Shown one piece after another: positions 29,442 through 39,063 of a stretch of DNA of 55,019 bases; the first letter of the stretch is position 1; each line of letters begins with the position of its first letter. The DNA is from a virus. Taxonomy: Duplodnaviria; Caudoviricetes. A model generated the notes under the pieces. The model was not told the DNA's origin. It saw only the letters and a program-made list of their open reading frames with translations, and ran no database searches. The DNA lies in the IMG/VR virus record IMGVR_UViG_3300028557_000047, positions 1 to 55,019 of that record; one strand, 5' to 3'. The translations under genes were made by a program, and so were the position numbers.

Positions 29442-30023
29442 ATGACAGCAAAGCCGAAGCCCGCGCACTATGTCGATAACAAGCTGCTTTATCAAGTGAT
29501 GAAGGAGTACATTGATGCTGTCAACGAGGCTGAGCGCGCCGGCAAGGAAAAGCCTAAGATTCCAAAGTATGTTGGTGAATGTATTGTTAAAATCTCCACT
29601 AGACTAGCTAGCCGCCCGAACTTCTACAACTATTCCTACAAGGATGATATGATATCGGACGGCATTGAGACTTGTTGTAGGTATCTGCATAACTTCTCTA
29701 CAGAAAAATCACAGAATCCATTTAGTTACTTCACACAGATCATCTACTACTCTTTCCTACAGCGGATTGCTAAAGAGAAGAAGCAAGCTTATGTGAAATC
29801 AAAGGCAATGGAAACCTACAGCATCATGAATATGCTAGTGGACCAGCCATTTAGTGATGATCACTTTACACTACCTGATTCCATTGCCAAGACCATTCCT
29901 GGTGATAAGATCAAGGACTATGAAGATACTATGAACGCCAAAAAGAAAATGAAACTTAAACCAGCAAAAGGACTTGACAAGTTTATTCCGGTCGAGGAAG
30001 AGGAGGAAGATTATGGATCATGA
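29442..30023 (+). CDS. gp55: Late-transcription sigma factor gp55
   Basis: HYVDNK, YSYKDDMISDGIE, NPFSYFTQI motifs. Confidence 0.95.
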   Translation: MTAKPKPAHYVDNKLLYQVMKEYIDAVNEAERAGKEKPKIPKYVGECIVKISTRLASRPNFYNYSYKDDMISDGIETCCRYLHNFSTEKSQNPFSYFTQIIYYSFLQRIAKEKKQAYVKSKAMETYSIMNMLVDQPFSDDHFTLPDSIAKTIPGDKIKDYEDTMNAKKKMKLKPAKGLDKFIPVEEEEEDYGS

Positions 30024-30195
30024 TAACGTGCCTGTGGCTATTCAGCAGATGTTTAGCAATGCAATGGATCAGACCACACCAAAGCACATCCGTTATAACT
30101 ATGTTGTGTCCATGCGCGCCGTGATTAAGTATTGTGAACGCGCTATTGCTAGCTATGAGAAATCACTAATTGGTTCGCCGGAGAAAAAGAAGTAA
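30013..30195 (+). CDS. Small hypothetical protein
   Basis: ATG at 30013 after GAGGAGG; overlaps the end of gp55. Confidence 0.55.
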   Translation: MDHDNVPVAIQQMFSNAMDQTTPKHIRYNYVVSMRAVIKYCERAIASYEKSLIGSPEKKK

Positions 30196-30246
30196 ACATT
30201 AGAAGAAGGTGCCTTCTTTGTTACAACGGAACTTGGAGATATATGA

Positions 30247-31308
30247 ATGAAGATTGCCCTGATAAATGATCAGCATTTTGGCGCAAGAAATGATAGCATA
30301 AAATTTCTAGACTATATGGAAAAATTCTATAGTAAAGTATTCTTTCCTTATCTGGAAGAGCATAACATCACGCGCATCATTGATGGCGGGGATACGTTTG
30401 ACCGTAGAAAGTATGTAAATTTTTATACTTTAGAAAGAGCTAAGAAATTTTGGTTTGACCCGATTGAAGAAAAAGGTCTTCGGCTAGATGTGATAGTTGG
30501 TAACCACTGCACATACTTCAAAAACACCAATGAGGTTAACTCACCTAATATTTTACTAAACCAATATAATAATGTGTTCGTCTATTCTGAACCAGTAGAA
30601 CTAGAGATTGATGGACTTAAGATTGCTCTGCTGCCCTGGGTATGCTCTGGAAACTATGTGGAAAGCATGAAGTTCATCGAGAACACCACGGCGACAGTTC
30701 TGTATGGGCACCTGGAACTCACTGGGTTTGAAATGTATCGTGGCGCTATGAATGAGCACGGCATGGACCCATCGGTCTTTTCCAAGTTTCAGATTGTCAT
30801 GTCAGGGCACTTTCACACCAAATCTACCAAAAAGAATATCCACTACCTTGGCGCACCATATGAGATGACTTGGTCGGACTATGATGATGCTCGGGGCTTC
30901 CATGTGTTTGATACTGAAACTTTAGAGTTGACATATATTAAGAATCCATATAGTATCTTCCATAAGGTGTATTATAACGACTTGGATAAGACACTTGACG
31001 AAGTACTAAACTTTGATCCTTCTGTCTATACCAACACGTTTGTAAAATTAGTCGTTAGGGCTAAGAGCAATCCCTACTGGCTGGATATGGTGGTGGAGAA
31101 ACTAGAGGCAGCTGATGTTCTTGATCTACAGATCATTGAAGATAATATCGGACTTGCTCTAGATGACGACAGTGACACCGTGGATGAAGCAGATGATACC
31201 CTGGTCATCCTAAAGAAATATGTGGACCAACTCGAGACAAATGTAGACCGAGGACTCATTAACAAGTTCATCTCGGACCTGCATCACGAAGCGCTTAACC
31301 TGGAGTAA
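30247..31308 (+). CDS. gp47: Recombination nuclease gp47 (Mre11/SbcD-like)
   Basis: DQHFG, GDTFD, GNH, SGHFH motifs. Confidence 0.95.
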   Translation: MKIALINDQHFGARNDSIKFLDYMEKFYSKVFFPYLEEHNITRIIDGGDTFDRRKYVNFYTLERAKKFWFDPIEEKGLRLDVIVGNHCTYFKNTNEVNSPNILLNQYNNVFVYSEPVELEIDGLKIALLPWVCSGNYVESMKFIENTTATVLYGHLELTGFEMYRGAMNEHGMDPSVFSKFQIVMSGHFHTKSTKKNIHYLGAPYEMTWSDYDDARGFHVFDTETLELTYIKNPYSIFHKVYYNDLDKTLDEVLNFDPSVYTNTFVKLVVRAKSNPYWLDMVVEKLEAADVLDLQIIEDNIGLALDDDSDTVDEADDTLVILKKYVDQLETNVDRGLINKFISDLHHEALNLE

Positions 31309-31310
31309 CT

Positions 31311-33023
31311 ATGAAATTAGACTTTAAGAAAATCAGGTGGCAGAATTTTCTATCTACTGGTAATGTTTTTACTGAAATTCAACTGAACCGTTCCAAGTCT
31401 ACCATGATCGTCGGTGAGAACGGTGCGGGTAAATCTACTCTGCTCGATGCGCTACTTTATGTTCTATATGGTAAACCATTCCGCAATATCAATAAGCCTC
31501 AGCTTGTCAACAGCATAACAAAGAAGGACCTATTGGTCGAGATTGAATTCTCTACCGGTGGCAAAGAATACCTAGTCCGTCGTGGTATGAAGCCTAACAT
31601 CTTTGAAATCATAATCGACGGTAAACTGCTCAACCAATCTGCAAGTGTTAAAGAATACCAGGACCTTCTAGAGAAGAACATTCTCCAGATGAATACCAAG
31701 TCGTTCAGTCAGATTGTAGTCCTAGGTTCCGCCAACTATATGCCTTTCATGCAACTACCTGCACAGCATAGGCGAGAGGTAATCGAGGACCTTCTAGACA
31801 TTCAAATCTTCTCGGTGATGAATAGCCTACTTAAGACCAAAATTGCAGACAACAAGACCTCCATAAGTGATACGGACTATCGTATTGCTCTATGCGAGCA
31901 GAAGTTGGATATGCACCGTAAGCATCTTGATGGGCTAAAGCAGAACAATGATGCCATCATCAAGCACAAAGAAGGAAAGATCAAGGAGCACCAGGAACGA
32001 ATTGCACAGATTGACCTAGAACTATCAGCAAGGTATGTGGAAATCTCCGATCTTTCATCCACCATTACGGGCTTTGCCGGAACATTTGAACGGAACAAGA
32101 AACTAGTTGATACCAAGAAAGCACTAGAAGACAGAATTAAGAAACTCACTAAGGAAATTGCATTCTATCAGGAAAACGACAACTGCCCGACTTGTCACCA
32201 AGGCATTGAGCATAACTTTAAGAGTACTGTTGTCTCAACTAAGGAAACAAAGATTGATGAAGTGAATGCCGGGCTAGAGAAGCTTGACATTAGTTGGAGA
32301 AAAGTACTAGATAGACTTGACCAAATCTCCGAAGTACAAAGGCAAATCAATGAACTGAATGCCACTATTGCCGATCTAAATAAAGACAGGTGGTTTGCGA
32401 CTGGGCACATTGCAGAACTTGCTAAGGAACTGGCACTTCTAAATAAACCAGCTGAAACTCGCTCTAATAATGTGACAGAACTATATACTATCAATGCCGA
32501 ATTGTCAGACTTTAAGAAGCAAAAGGAACAACTAGTTAACAGCCGAGAACTCTACGAGGTGTCTGGGTATCTACTTAAGGATGGTGGTATCAAGTCCAAA
32601 ATCATCCGTCAGTATATTCCCATCATGAACAAGATCATCAATAAGTATCTAGCTTCAATGAACTTCTTTGTCAACTTTGAACTCGACGATTCGTTCAACG
32701 AAACTATCAAATCAAGAGGAAGGGATGACTTTACCTATTCCTCATTTAGTGAAGGTGAAAAGGCTAGACTAGACCTAGCACTCATGTTCACTTGGCGCGC
32801 CCTGGCAAAACTAAGAAACTCTGCTTCTACTAACTTGCTCATCTTGGATGAAGTTTTTGACTCATCACTTGATACCGCAGGTAATGACTATCTAACTGAT
32901 ATTCTAGACCTGCACACGGATGGTAACGTATTTGTAATCAGTCACAAATCTACAGGCAGAGACAAGTTCCATAGTATTATTGAGTTCACAAAACACAAGA
33001 ACTTTAGCAGGATAGAACAATGA
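31311..33023 (+). CDS. gp46: Recombination ATPase gp46 (Rad50/SbcC-like)
   Basis: GENGAGKS, CPTC zinc hook, FSEGE, LDEVFD motifs. Confidence 0.96.
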   Translation: MKLDFKKIRWQNFLSTGNVFTEIQLNRSKSTMIVGENGAGKSTLLDALLYVLYGKPFRNINKPQLVNSITKKDLLVEIEFSTGGKEYLVRRGMKPNIFEIIIDGKLLNQSASVKEYQDLLEKNILQMNTKSFSQIVVLGSANYMPFMQLPAQHRREVIEDLLDIQIFSVMNSLLKTKIADNKTSISDTDYRIALCEQKLDMHRKHLDGLKQNNDAIIKHKEGKIKEHQERIAQIDLELSARYVEISDLSSTITGFAGTFERNKKLVDTKKALEDRIKKLTKEIAFYQENDNCPTCHQGIEHNFKSTVVSTKETKIDEVNAGLEKLDISWRKVLDRLDQISEVQRQINELNATIADLNKDRWFATGHIAELAKELALLNKPAETRSNNVTELYTINAELSDFKKQKEQLVNSRELYEVSGYLLKDGGIKSKIIRQYIPIMNKIINKYLASMNFFVNFELDDSFNETIKSRGRDDFTYSSFSEGEKARLDLALMFTWRALAKLRNSASTNLLILDEVFDSSLDTAGNDYLTDILDLHTDGNVFVISHKSTGRDKFHSIIEFTKHKNFSRIEQ

Positions 33024-33511
33024 ATCTAGTAGCATCAACCGACCCCATCCTAAAGACTGCCGCATTGCCATTTGAGTTTGGTGACCAAATGCCAGTGAAT
33101 CCAATCGAGCTATATAATGATATGGCAAAGTTTATGCTAGAGAAATCTGGACTAGGTTTATCCGCTAATCAGGTCGGGCTACCATATCGATTTTTTGTGA
33201 TGCGAGCTGAGGAAGTGATTGGGTGCTTCAATCCTAAGATTGTGGACTTTGGTGAGCAGACTGTCTATTTGGATGAAGGCTGTCTATCATTTCCAGGGCT
33301 CTTCATTAAAGTAAAGCGCCCGGCAAATATCAAGGTTCGCTATACAGAACCAAATGGCAACACCGTGACCAGAAAGTTCAGTGGGATGTCAGCTAGAATC
33401 TTTCAGCACGAACTTGACCATCTAGATGGTGTGACCTATAAACAAAGAGCCGCTAGAATCCATCTGGAAAGAGCCGAACGGGCAAAACACGCAGCAAAGA
33501 AAGCTAAATAG
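33020..33511 (+). CDS. def: Peptide deformylase
   Basis: GLGLSANQVG, EGCLS, QHELDHLDG motifs. Confidence 0.95.
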   Translation: MNLVASTDPILKTAALPFEFGDQMPVNPIELYNDMAKFMLEKSGLGLSANQVGLPYRFFVMRAEEVIGCFNPKIVDFGEQTVYLDEGCLSFPGLFIKVKRPANIKVRYTEPNGNTVTRKFSGMSARIFQHELDHLDGVTYKQRAARIHLERAERAKHAAKKAK

Positions 33512-33515
33512 CCGG

Positions 33516-33544
33516 TTGACATTAATATCAGCCCAATGTAAAGT
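33516..33544 (+). promoter_or_regulatory. sigma70-type promoter for the putative DNA-modification cluster
   Basis: TTGACA-17 bp-TAAAGT, with TATAAT nearby. Confidence 0.6.
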
Positions 33545-33563
33545 GGATATAATAAAGGAGAAC

Positions 33564-33929
33564 ATGATGAACAAACCAGAAGAATTTGACGACTGCATCG
33601 GCTTTAAAGAACAAAAGGACCGCCCAGGTTCTCTAGCTGGTTTTCTTGGAATTGACGAAATCCCAGAGACTGAGGCAGATGCTTGGGCAGAACACAACTA
33701 TATGAACTGGCGTGAACACTGGCAGGATATGCCAGACTTCAAGGTCCGTAATATGGAAGCAGTGAAGCAACTCCTTGTGAACTTTAAGACACAAGAAGAG
33801 TTCCTTGCGTTTGCGGCGGTCCTTGGGCAGAGCCTGACACCTAAAACTCGTAGCGTCTGGTGGCCTCCACAGGAACGTGACAGTAATATCCTAAAGCGCT
33901 GGATTGACGAAGATGATGCGGGGGTATAG
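33564..33929 (+). CDS. Hypothetical protein, probable partner of the TAGT-like glycosyltransferase
   Basis: AAGGAG RBS; EHWQDMPDF...VNF...TPKTRSVWWP. Confidence 0.6.
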   Translation: MMNKPEEFDDCIGFKEQKDRPGSLAGFLGIDEIPETEADAWAEHNYMNWREHWQDMPDFKVRNMEAVKQLLVNFKTQEEFLAFAAVLGQSLTPKTRSVWWPPQERDSNILKRWIDEDDAGV

Positions 33930-34363
33930 AAATGGCTAAATGGAATCTGAGCCCCAAATACGAGAAGAATATTGAAGACATTAACTTCTGGGCAAAAGAA
34001 GATAAGATGATTTGGTATAGTACTTGGTGGAGAGGCGGCACCGTTATTATTACCACTGCCACCGATGAAGCACCCGTTATCGATTTGGATAATATCAGTG
34101 ATGATGGACTATCAGTTTATGATCTTCTTGGTGATGGTGAAACCATACTAGATGTAGAAGTGGCTCATTTGTGGGACGGTGACAACTCCGAATGGGCTGT
34201 TATCTCCGGAGATGCATCAGACGAACTGCAAGAAGTTATTGCTGCCTGGGAAGAAGATTGGACCGAAGGGGTAGAAAACCTTGGCTGGACTCAAGAAGAT
34301 ACCGTAATATTTTTCCACGGTGAACTAATACTTGAAAAGATTGACGAAGATGATGCAGGAGTA
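33902..34363 (+). repeat. 25-bp direct repeat (33902-33926 and 34339-34363, 23/25 identical) bracketing ORF 33932
   Basis: gattgacgaagatgatgcgggggta vs gattgacgaagatgatgcaggagta. Confidence 0.85.
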
Positions 34364-34378
34364 GTGAGTGAGCAATAA
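33932..34378 (+). CDS. Acidic Trp-rich hypothetical protein
   Basis: ORF with RBS, between direct repeats. Confidence 0.65.
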   Translation: MAKWNLSPKYEKNIEDINFWAKEDKMIWYSTWWRGGTVIITTATDEAPVIDLDNISDDGLSVYDLLGDGETILDVEVAHLWDGDNSEWAVISGDASDELQEVIAAWEEDWTEGVENLGWTQEDTVIFFHGELILEKIDEDDAGVVSEQ

Positions 34379-35255
34379 GCCAGAACACCAACCAAAATAT
34401 CCGATCTATATTATTTCCAAAGGGCGTGCAGATACAAGGTTTACAAGTAAGGCGCTAGAACTACTCAAAGTACCATATTACATCGCCGTTGAAGAACACG
34501 AATATGATGCCTACTGTGCGGTGATTGATCCTGCCAAGGTACTGAAGCTACCATTTAGCAACCACGGCAAGGGCTCTGGTGTGGCTCGAAACTGGGTGTG
34601 GGAACACTCTATTGCTAATGGCTTTGATCGTCACTGGGTTCTTGATGACAACATCAAGGAATTTTGGCGCTTCCATCACAATCAACGTATTCGTGTTCAG
34701 TCCGGTTCATTCTTTAGAGCCTGTGAGGACTTCTGTGATCGGTATGAGAACATCGGGCTTGCTGGCTTGCAGTATAAGTTCTTCTGCATGGACAACTATC
34801 CGCACCCGCCTATCACTCAGAACACTCGCCTCATGTCGTGCATTCTCATCGATAACAAGATGGAACATCGCTGGAGAGGCAAGTATAATGAGGACGTGGA
34901 CCTATCACTCAGAGTGCTAAAGTCTGGACTATGCACTATCTTGTTCTATGCTTTCTTGCAGGGTAAGATGAGAACTGGTACCGTGAAAGGCGGCAACACT
35001 GATGAACTGTATGGCATTGGCACATTTGAAAAGTCAAAGATGCTAGTTGAAATGCATCCCGACTGTGTGAAACTTGCCCGACGGTATGGGCGCTGGCACC
35101 ATGTCGTAGACATGAAGCCATTCCGAGGAAATAAACTCATCAAGAAGGAAGGGCTAAATATCAAGAACCAAGTCAATAACTATGGGCTGGTCCTGGCAGA
35201 TAATTTTGGTACCCCAGAGCAGTGTATCATGGAAAAACCGAGAGAAAGATTTTAA
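34368..35255 (+). CDS. TET-associated/GREB1-like GT-A glycosyltransferase (putative DNA-base glycosyltransferase)
   Basis: YPIYIISKGR, HWVLDDNI, WRGKYNEDVDLSLRVLK, GGNT motifs. Confidence 0.75.
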   Translation: MSNKPEHQPKYPIYIISKGRADTRFTSKALELLKVPYYIAVEEHEYDAYCAVIDPAKVLKLPFSNHGKGSGVARNWVWEHSIANGFDRHWVLDDNIKEFWRFHHNQRIRVQSGSFFRACEDFCDRYENIGLAGLQYKFFCMDNYPHPPITQNTRLMSCILIDNKMEHRWRGKYNEDVDLSLRVLKSGLCTILFYAFLQGKMRTGTVKGGNTDELYGIGTFEKSKMLVEMHPDCVKLARRYGRWHHVVDMKPFRGNKLIKKEGLNIKNQVNNYGLVLADNFGTPEQCIMEKPRERF

Positions 35256-36214
35256 TGAGCAAAATTCTAATCACCGGCATTGCAGGCTTTATCGGCTCGA
35301 CGCTTGCACACAAACTTAAAGCCGAAGGGCATGATGTTTGTGGCTTTGATAGCTTCAACGACTATTATGATATCAAACTTAAGTATGATAGAGCCAACTT
35401 GCTAGCTACGGCTTCTGCACCTAGAGTTCCAGTTCACAATTGCAATCTTCTTGAGATTCGCAGACTAGACCGACTGTTTGACTTGGTGAGACCCGAGGTG
35501 GTAATTCACCTAGCGGCATATGCAGGTGTCCGTCACTCATTTGACAACCAGCAACTTTACATTGATAACAACATTACTGGCACTCAGAACCTTATTGAGG
35601 TGTGCGAACGGTATGGTGTCGAGAATGTAATCTATGCTTCGACTTCATGCACTATGGCTGGTTGCCCGCTTCCATGGAAAGAAGACCAGCCGCTGAATAT
35701 GCAGCTGAATCCATATGGTTACACAAAGCGAACCAATGAGTGCCAGTTCAACATGTCAAAGATTAAGAACACCATCGGACTTAGATTTTTTACTGTTTAT
35801 GGTCCATGGGGGCGCCCTGACATGGCGCTGTTTACCTTCACCAAGAAAATCCTAGCTGGTGAACCGATCGACGTGTTTAACAATGGCAATATGATCCGTG
35901 ACTTTACCTACGTGGATGATATTGTAAACGGGCTAAATATTATGATCAACCACATTAATTCGGTTGACAATGCTCGAGAAGTATATAATATAGGTAATGG
36001 TAGACAGGTAAACCTGATGGACTTTATTGCAGAGATTGAGAAAAACCTCGGCATCAAAGCTATTAAGAACTATCTACCAAAACACCCAGCGGATACAATT
36101 GAAACTTGGTCAGATACCACCAAAATTCAAGCGCTAGGCTACACAGCCAATACTCCTATCGAGCAAGGTGTGGCTGAATTTATCAAATGGTATCGTTCTT
36201 ACTATGGAGTCTAA
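35255..36214 (+). CDS. NAD-dependent epimerase, UDP-glucuronate 4-epimerase-like
   Basis: ITGIAGFIG, HLAAYAGVRHS, YGYTK, RFFTVYGPWGRPDMALF motifs. Confidence 0.88.
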   Translation: MSKILITGIAGFIGSTLAHKLKAEGHDVCGFDSFNDYYDIKLKYDRANLLATASAPRVPVHNCNLLEIRRLDRLFDLVRPEVVIHLAAYAGVRHSFDNQQLYIDNNITGTQNLIEVCERYGVENVIYASTSCTMAGCPLPWKEDQPLNMQLNPYGYTKRTNECQFNMSKIKNTIGLRFFTVYGPWGRPDMALFTFTKKILAGEPIDVFNNGNMIRDFTYVDDIVNGLNIMINHINSVDNAREVYNIGNGRQVNLMDFIAEIEKNLGIKAIKNYLPKHPADTIETWSDTTKIQALGYTANTPIEQGVAEFIKWYRSYYGV

Positions 36215-37058
36215 CTTGAAAATTGCAATTGTTGGTTTTGGTTTTGTTGGCAAAGCCGTGTCATGGGGGTTTACTCATAAAAAAGTACGACAGTACCTGG
36301 TAGACCCTCTACTGGGTAAAGATATCAGTTCACTAGATAACGTGCACCCAGACATTGCATTTGTCTGTGTCCCTACCCCAATGTCTGAGACGGGAGAGAT
36401 TGAGCCCGCTCTAGTGGTGAATACAGTCAAGTACCTAATTGAAAACACTCCGGCGCTTGTGGTGATTAAGTCGACTATCACCCCTACAGTACTTAAACTA
36501 ATCAAGATGAGTTTGAATCATCCTGGTACTATGGACCGGGTGGTTTATAACCCTGAGTTCTTGACTGAGAACAACGCCAACAGTGACTTTGCAAATCCAG
36601 ACCTGCAGGTCTTTGGTGGAAACATCGTAAGCTGTGAACAGGTGGCGGCAGCATATGATGCATACAGTATTTGTGCTCCATGTCGTACATATTTTGTCAC
36701 ACACGAGGAAGCTAGCTTTATCAAGTATGGCATCAACTGTTACCTTGCCAGTAAAGTTCTTTGGTTTAATCAGTTCAGTGACATTGTCGAAGCCTCAGGA
36801 TGTAGTTACGATGCTGTTTCTACCGCCATGCAAGCAGATGATAGAATCGGCACTTCACACATGATGGTCCCTGGTCCTGATGGTAAAAAAGGCTTTGGCG
36901 GTGCTTGCTTTGCAAAAGACACGGCTGCATTCTCACACTACTCTAATGAGTACTTCACTGTCCTAGATGAAGTCATTGCTAGGAACAACGAAATTCGACT
37001 ACAATATCCTCTTGACCCACGCGAAATCGCGCAATCTGTAACATATAAAGGAAAGTGA
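36204..37058 (+). CDS. ugd: UDP-glucose 6-dehydrogenase (short phage form)
   Basis: GFGFVG, CVPTP, IKST, NPEFL, GFGGACFAKD motifs. Confidence 0.88.
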   Translation: MESNLKIAIVGFGFVGKAVSWGFTHKKVRQYLVDPLLGKDISSLDNVHPDIAFVCVPTPMSETGEIEPALVVNTVKYLIENTPALVVIKSTITPTVLKLIKMSLNHPGTMDRVVYNPEFLTENNANSDFANPDLQVFGGNIVSCEQVAAAYDAYSICAPCRTYFVTHEEASFIKYGINCYLASKVLWFNQFSDIVEASGCSYDAVSTAMQADDRIGTSHMMVPGPDGKKGFGGACFAKDTAAFSHYSNEYFTVLDEVIARNNEIRLQYPLDPREIAQSVTYKGK

Positions 37059-37501
37059 TGATCGACTACAAATATAGTGAAGATAAAATCCTAAAGGAAG
37101 TCACTGACTATGTCAATGGCACGTATGGTGGGCATTACAGTTACAGTAAGTTCCAAGCTACAGAGTTTATCTTTGATGCTGGTCATGGCACCGGCTTTAA
37201 CATTGGCAACATCCTGAAGTATGCTCAGCGATATGGGCGTAAAGGAACCAAGGAAGAATGGCGCAAGGATATGATGAAAGTCATCCATTATGCCATCATG
37301 CAGCTTCATGTTCACGATAATGAGCAAGATGAACTCATTGAATTCACGGATGCCATTACTCCTGTTACTCCTGATTTTGACTTGAATGGTATCCCTTACC
37401 CTAGCACTGCTGGATACGCCCGCGGAAAACCGATCGATCTAAAGACCGCAGTAGAAACTAAGCTTTCAGTTCCATATGTAAGTAGCAAATCGCATAAATA
37501 A
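37055..37501 (+). CDS. DUF3310-like protein (possible nucleotide kinase)
   Basis: TYGGHYS, GFNIGNILKYAQRYGRK, DMMKVIHYA motifs. Confidence 0.55.
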   Translation: MMIDYKYSEDKILKEVTDYVNGTYGGHYSYSKFQATEFIFDAGHGTGFNIGNILKYAQRYGRKGTKEEWRKDMMKVIHYAIMQLHVHDNEQDELIEFTDAITPVTPDFDLNGIPYPSTAGYARGKPIDLKTAVETKLSVPYVSSKSHK

Positions 37502-37561
37502 GATAGGCGTTAGAGTTTACACTCACCCAAAATCCCCGACATTACATAATAGGAGACAAAT

Positions 37562-38416
37562 TTGTCCATCGAAATTAAAGTACCCATCGAAACTATGCGC
37601 CGCCGTAAACTCTTCGTAGCAACACCGATGTATGGTGGGCAATGCGCCGGAATGTTTACTAAGTCAATTGCTGACCTTTCGGCTCTATGCACAGCAAACG
37701 GAATCCAGGTCCGATTCTACTTCCTATTCAATGAATCACTAATCACAAGAGCTCGAAACTACTGTGCCGATGAGTTCATGCGGTCGGGCGACACTCATAT
37801 GATGTTTATTGATTCTGATATCGGCTTTAATCCTCATGATGTTCTAGCGCTTATGGCTCTACAGGATCATGAAGATGAAACCAACGAATACGATATCATC
37901 GCCGGTCCTTATCCCAAGAAGTGTATCTCATGGGAGAAAATTAAACTGGCAGTAGACAAGGGCTTTGCAGACGAGAATCCAGAAGAACTAAGTAAGTTCG
38001 TTGGTGACTACGTGTTCAACCCAGCCAACGGGACTACCTCTATCCTTCTAGGCGAACCAGCCGAAGTTCTGGAAGCTGGCACTGGCTTCATGATGATCCG
38101 TCGTAAGACCTTTGAAAAGTTCCAGGAAGCATATCCTGAGCAGATGTACACACCCGACCACGTTCGCACTGAGCACTTTGATGGCACCAGGCAGATTATG
38201 GCTTTCTTTGATACTCCCATCTGTAAGGATAGCAACCGGTATCTATCAGAGGACTATATGTTCTGTCAATGGACCCGCAAAGCCGGCATGAAGGTTTGGC
38301 TCTGCCCATGGATGCAACTCAGCCATGTCGGTATGATGATCTTTGGCGGTTCACTAAGTGACCTGGCTAAGATTGGCGCAAATGCTACCGCCGACAGTAG
38401 TGTGAAAAAGAAATAG
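37562..38416 (+). CDS. GT-A-fold glycosyltransferase-like protein
   Basis: VATPMYGG, ESLITRARN, FIDSDI, GTGFMMI, YLSEDYMFC motifs; TTG start with AGGAG; CATAAATA at 37493-37500. Confidence 0.75.
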   Translation: MSIEIKVPIETMRRRKLFVATPMYGGQCAGMFTKSIADLSALCTANGIQVRFYFLFNESLITRARNYCADEFMRSGDTHMMFIDSDIGFNPHDVLALMALQDHEDETNEYDIIAGPYPKKCISWEKIKLAVDKGFADENPEELSKFVGDYVFNPANGTTSILLGEPAEVLEAGTGFMMIRRKTFEKFQEAYPEQMYTPDHVRTEHFDGTRQIMAFFDTPICKDSNRYLSEDYMFCQWTRKAGMKVWLCPWMQLSHVGMMIFGGSLSDLAKIGANATADSSVKKK

Positions 38417-38463
38417 AATATTCTTATAAATACATAGGAACACTTTCTTAAAGGACCACCTCC

Positions 38464-39063
38464 ATGCCATTACCCGCTTCAGGCGCAATCTCGTTAAATG
38501 ACCTACAAACTGAGTTTGGTGGGTCCAATCCTATTGCCATAACTGAGTATTATCGGGGGGGTGGGCTTGTCCCCGATATTGCAGCAAATAGTTCAGTGCC
38601 GACGAGCGGGCAGATCAGCCTGTCCAACTTCTATAATGCTACCAATGCGGACCCTGTTCCTGCGGCGTTTGATATCACCGGACCTGCAGGTAATGCAAAT
38701 AGTAATCAGATAACCATCACAGGCATCAATACTCCGATTACTCTGAACTTCGGAACAAGTAACGCATATGCCAACGGCATCGACCCAGATCCACTCTATC
38801 TCGAGGAACCCGGCGAAGAATCTATCAGTCTTCAGCTCTACATCTATGTAAACGGATCGTTAGCGAATACGGTGTCATGGGCCTCGCCAGGCGTCGGCAA
38901 CTCAGGTAACATTACTCTTAATGCGAAAGTTACCGTTTCTAATAATGACACACTTAAAGTTGGGCTGGGTGTTTCCGGAGGTGGGAGCGGAGGTGCAACG
39001 TTCAACATAACAAACGACTCTAGTTCTAACACCTCGTTGGATACATTTGATGTCTCGTCATAG
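38464..39063 (+). CDS. Short fibre/adhesin-like virion protein
   Basis: MPLPASGAISL..LQTEFGGSNPI...EYY N-terminus typical of fibre-associated proteins; own late promoter TATAAATA at 38425-38432. Confidence 0.75.
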   Translation: MPLPASGAISLNDLQTEFGGSNPIAITEYYRGGGLVPDIAANSSVPTSGQISLSNFYNATNADPVPAAFDITGPAGNANSNQITITGINTPITLNFGTSNAYANGIDPDPLYLEEPGEESISLQLYIYVNGSLANTVSWASPGVGNSGNITLNAKVTVSNNDTLKVGLGVSGGGSGGATFNITNDSSSNTSLDTFDVSS

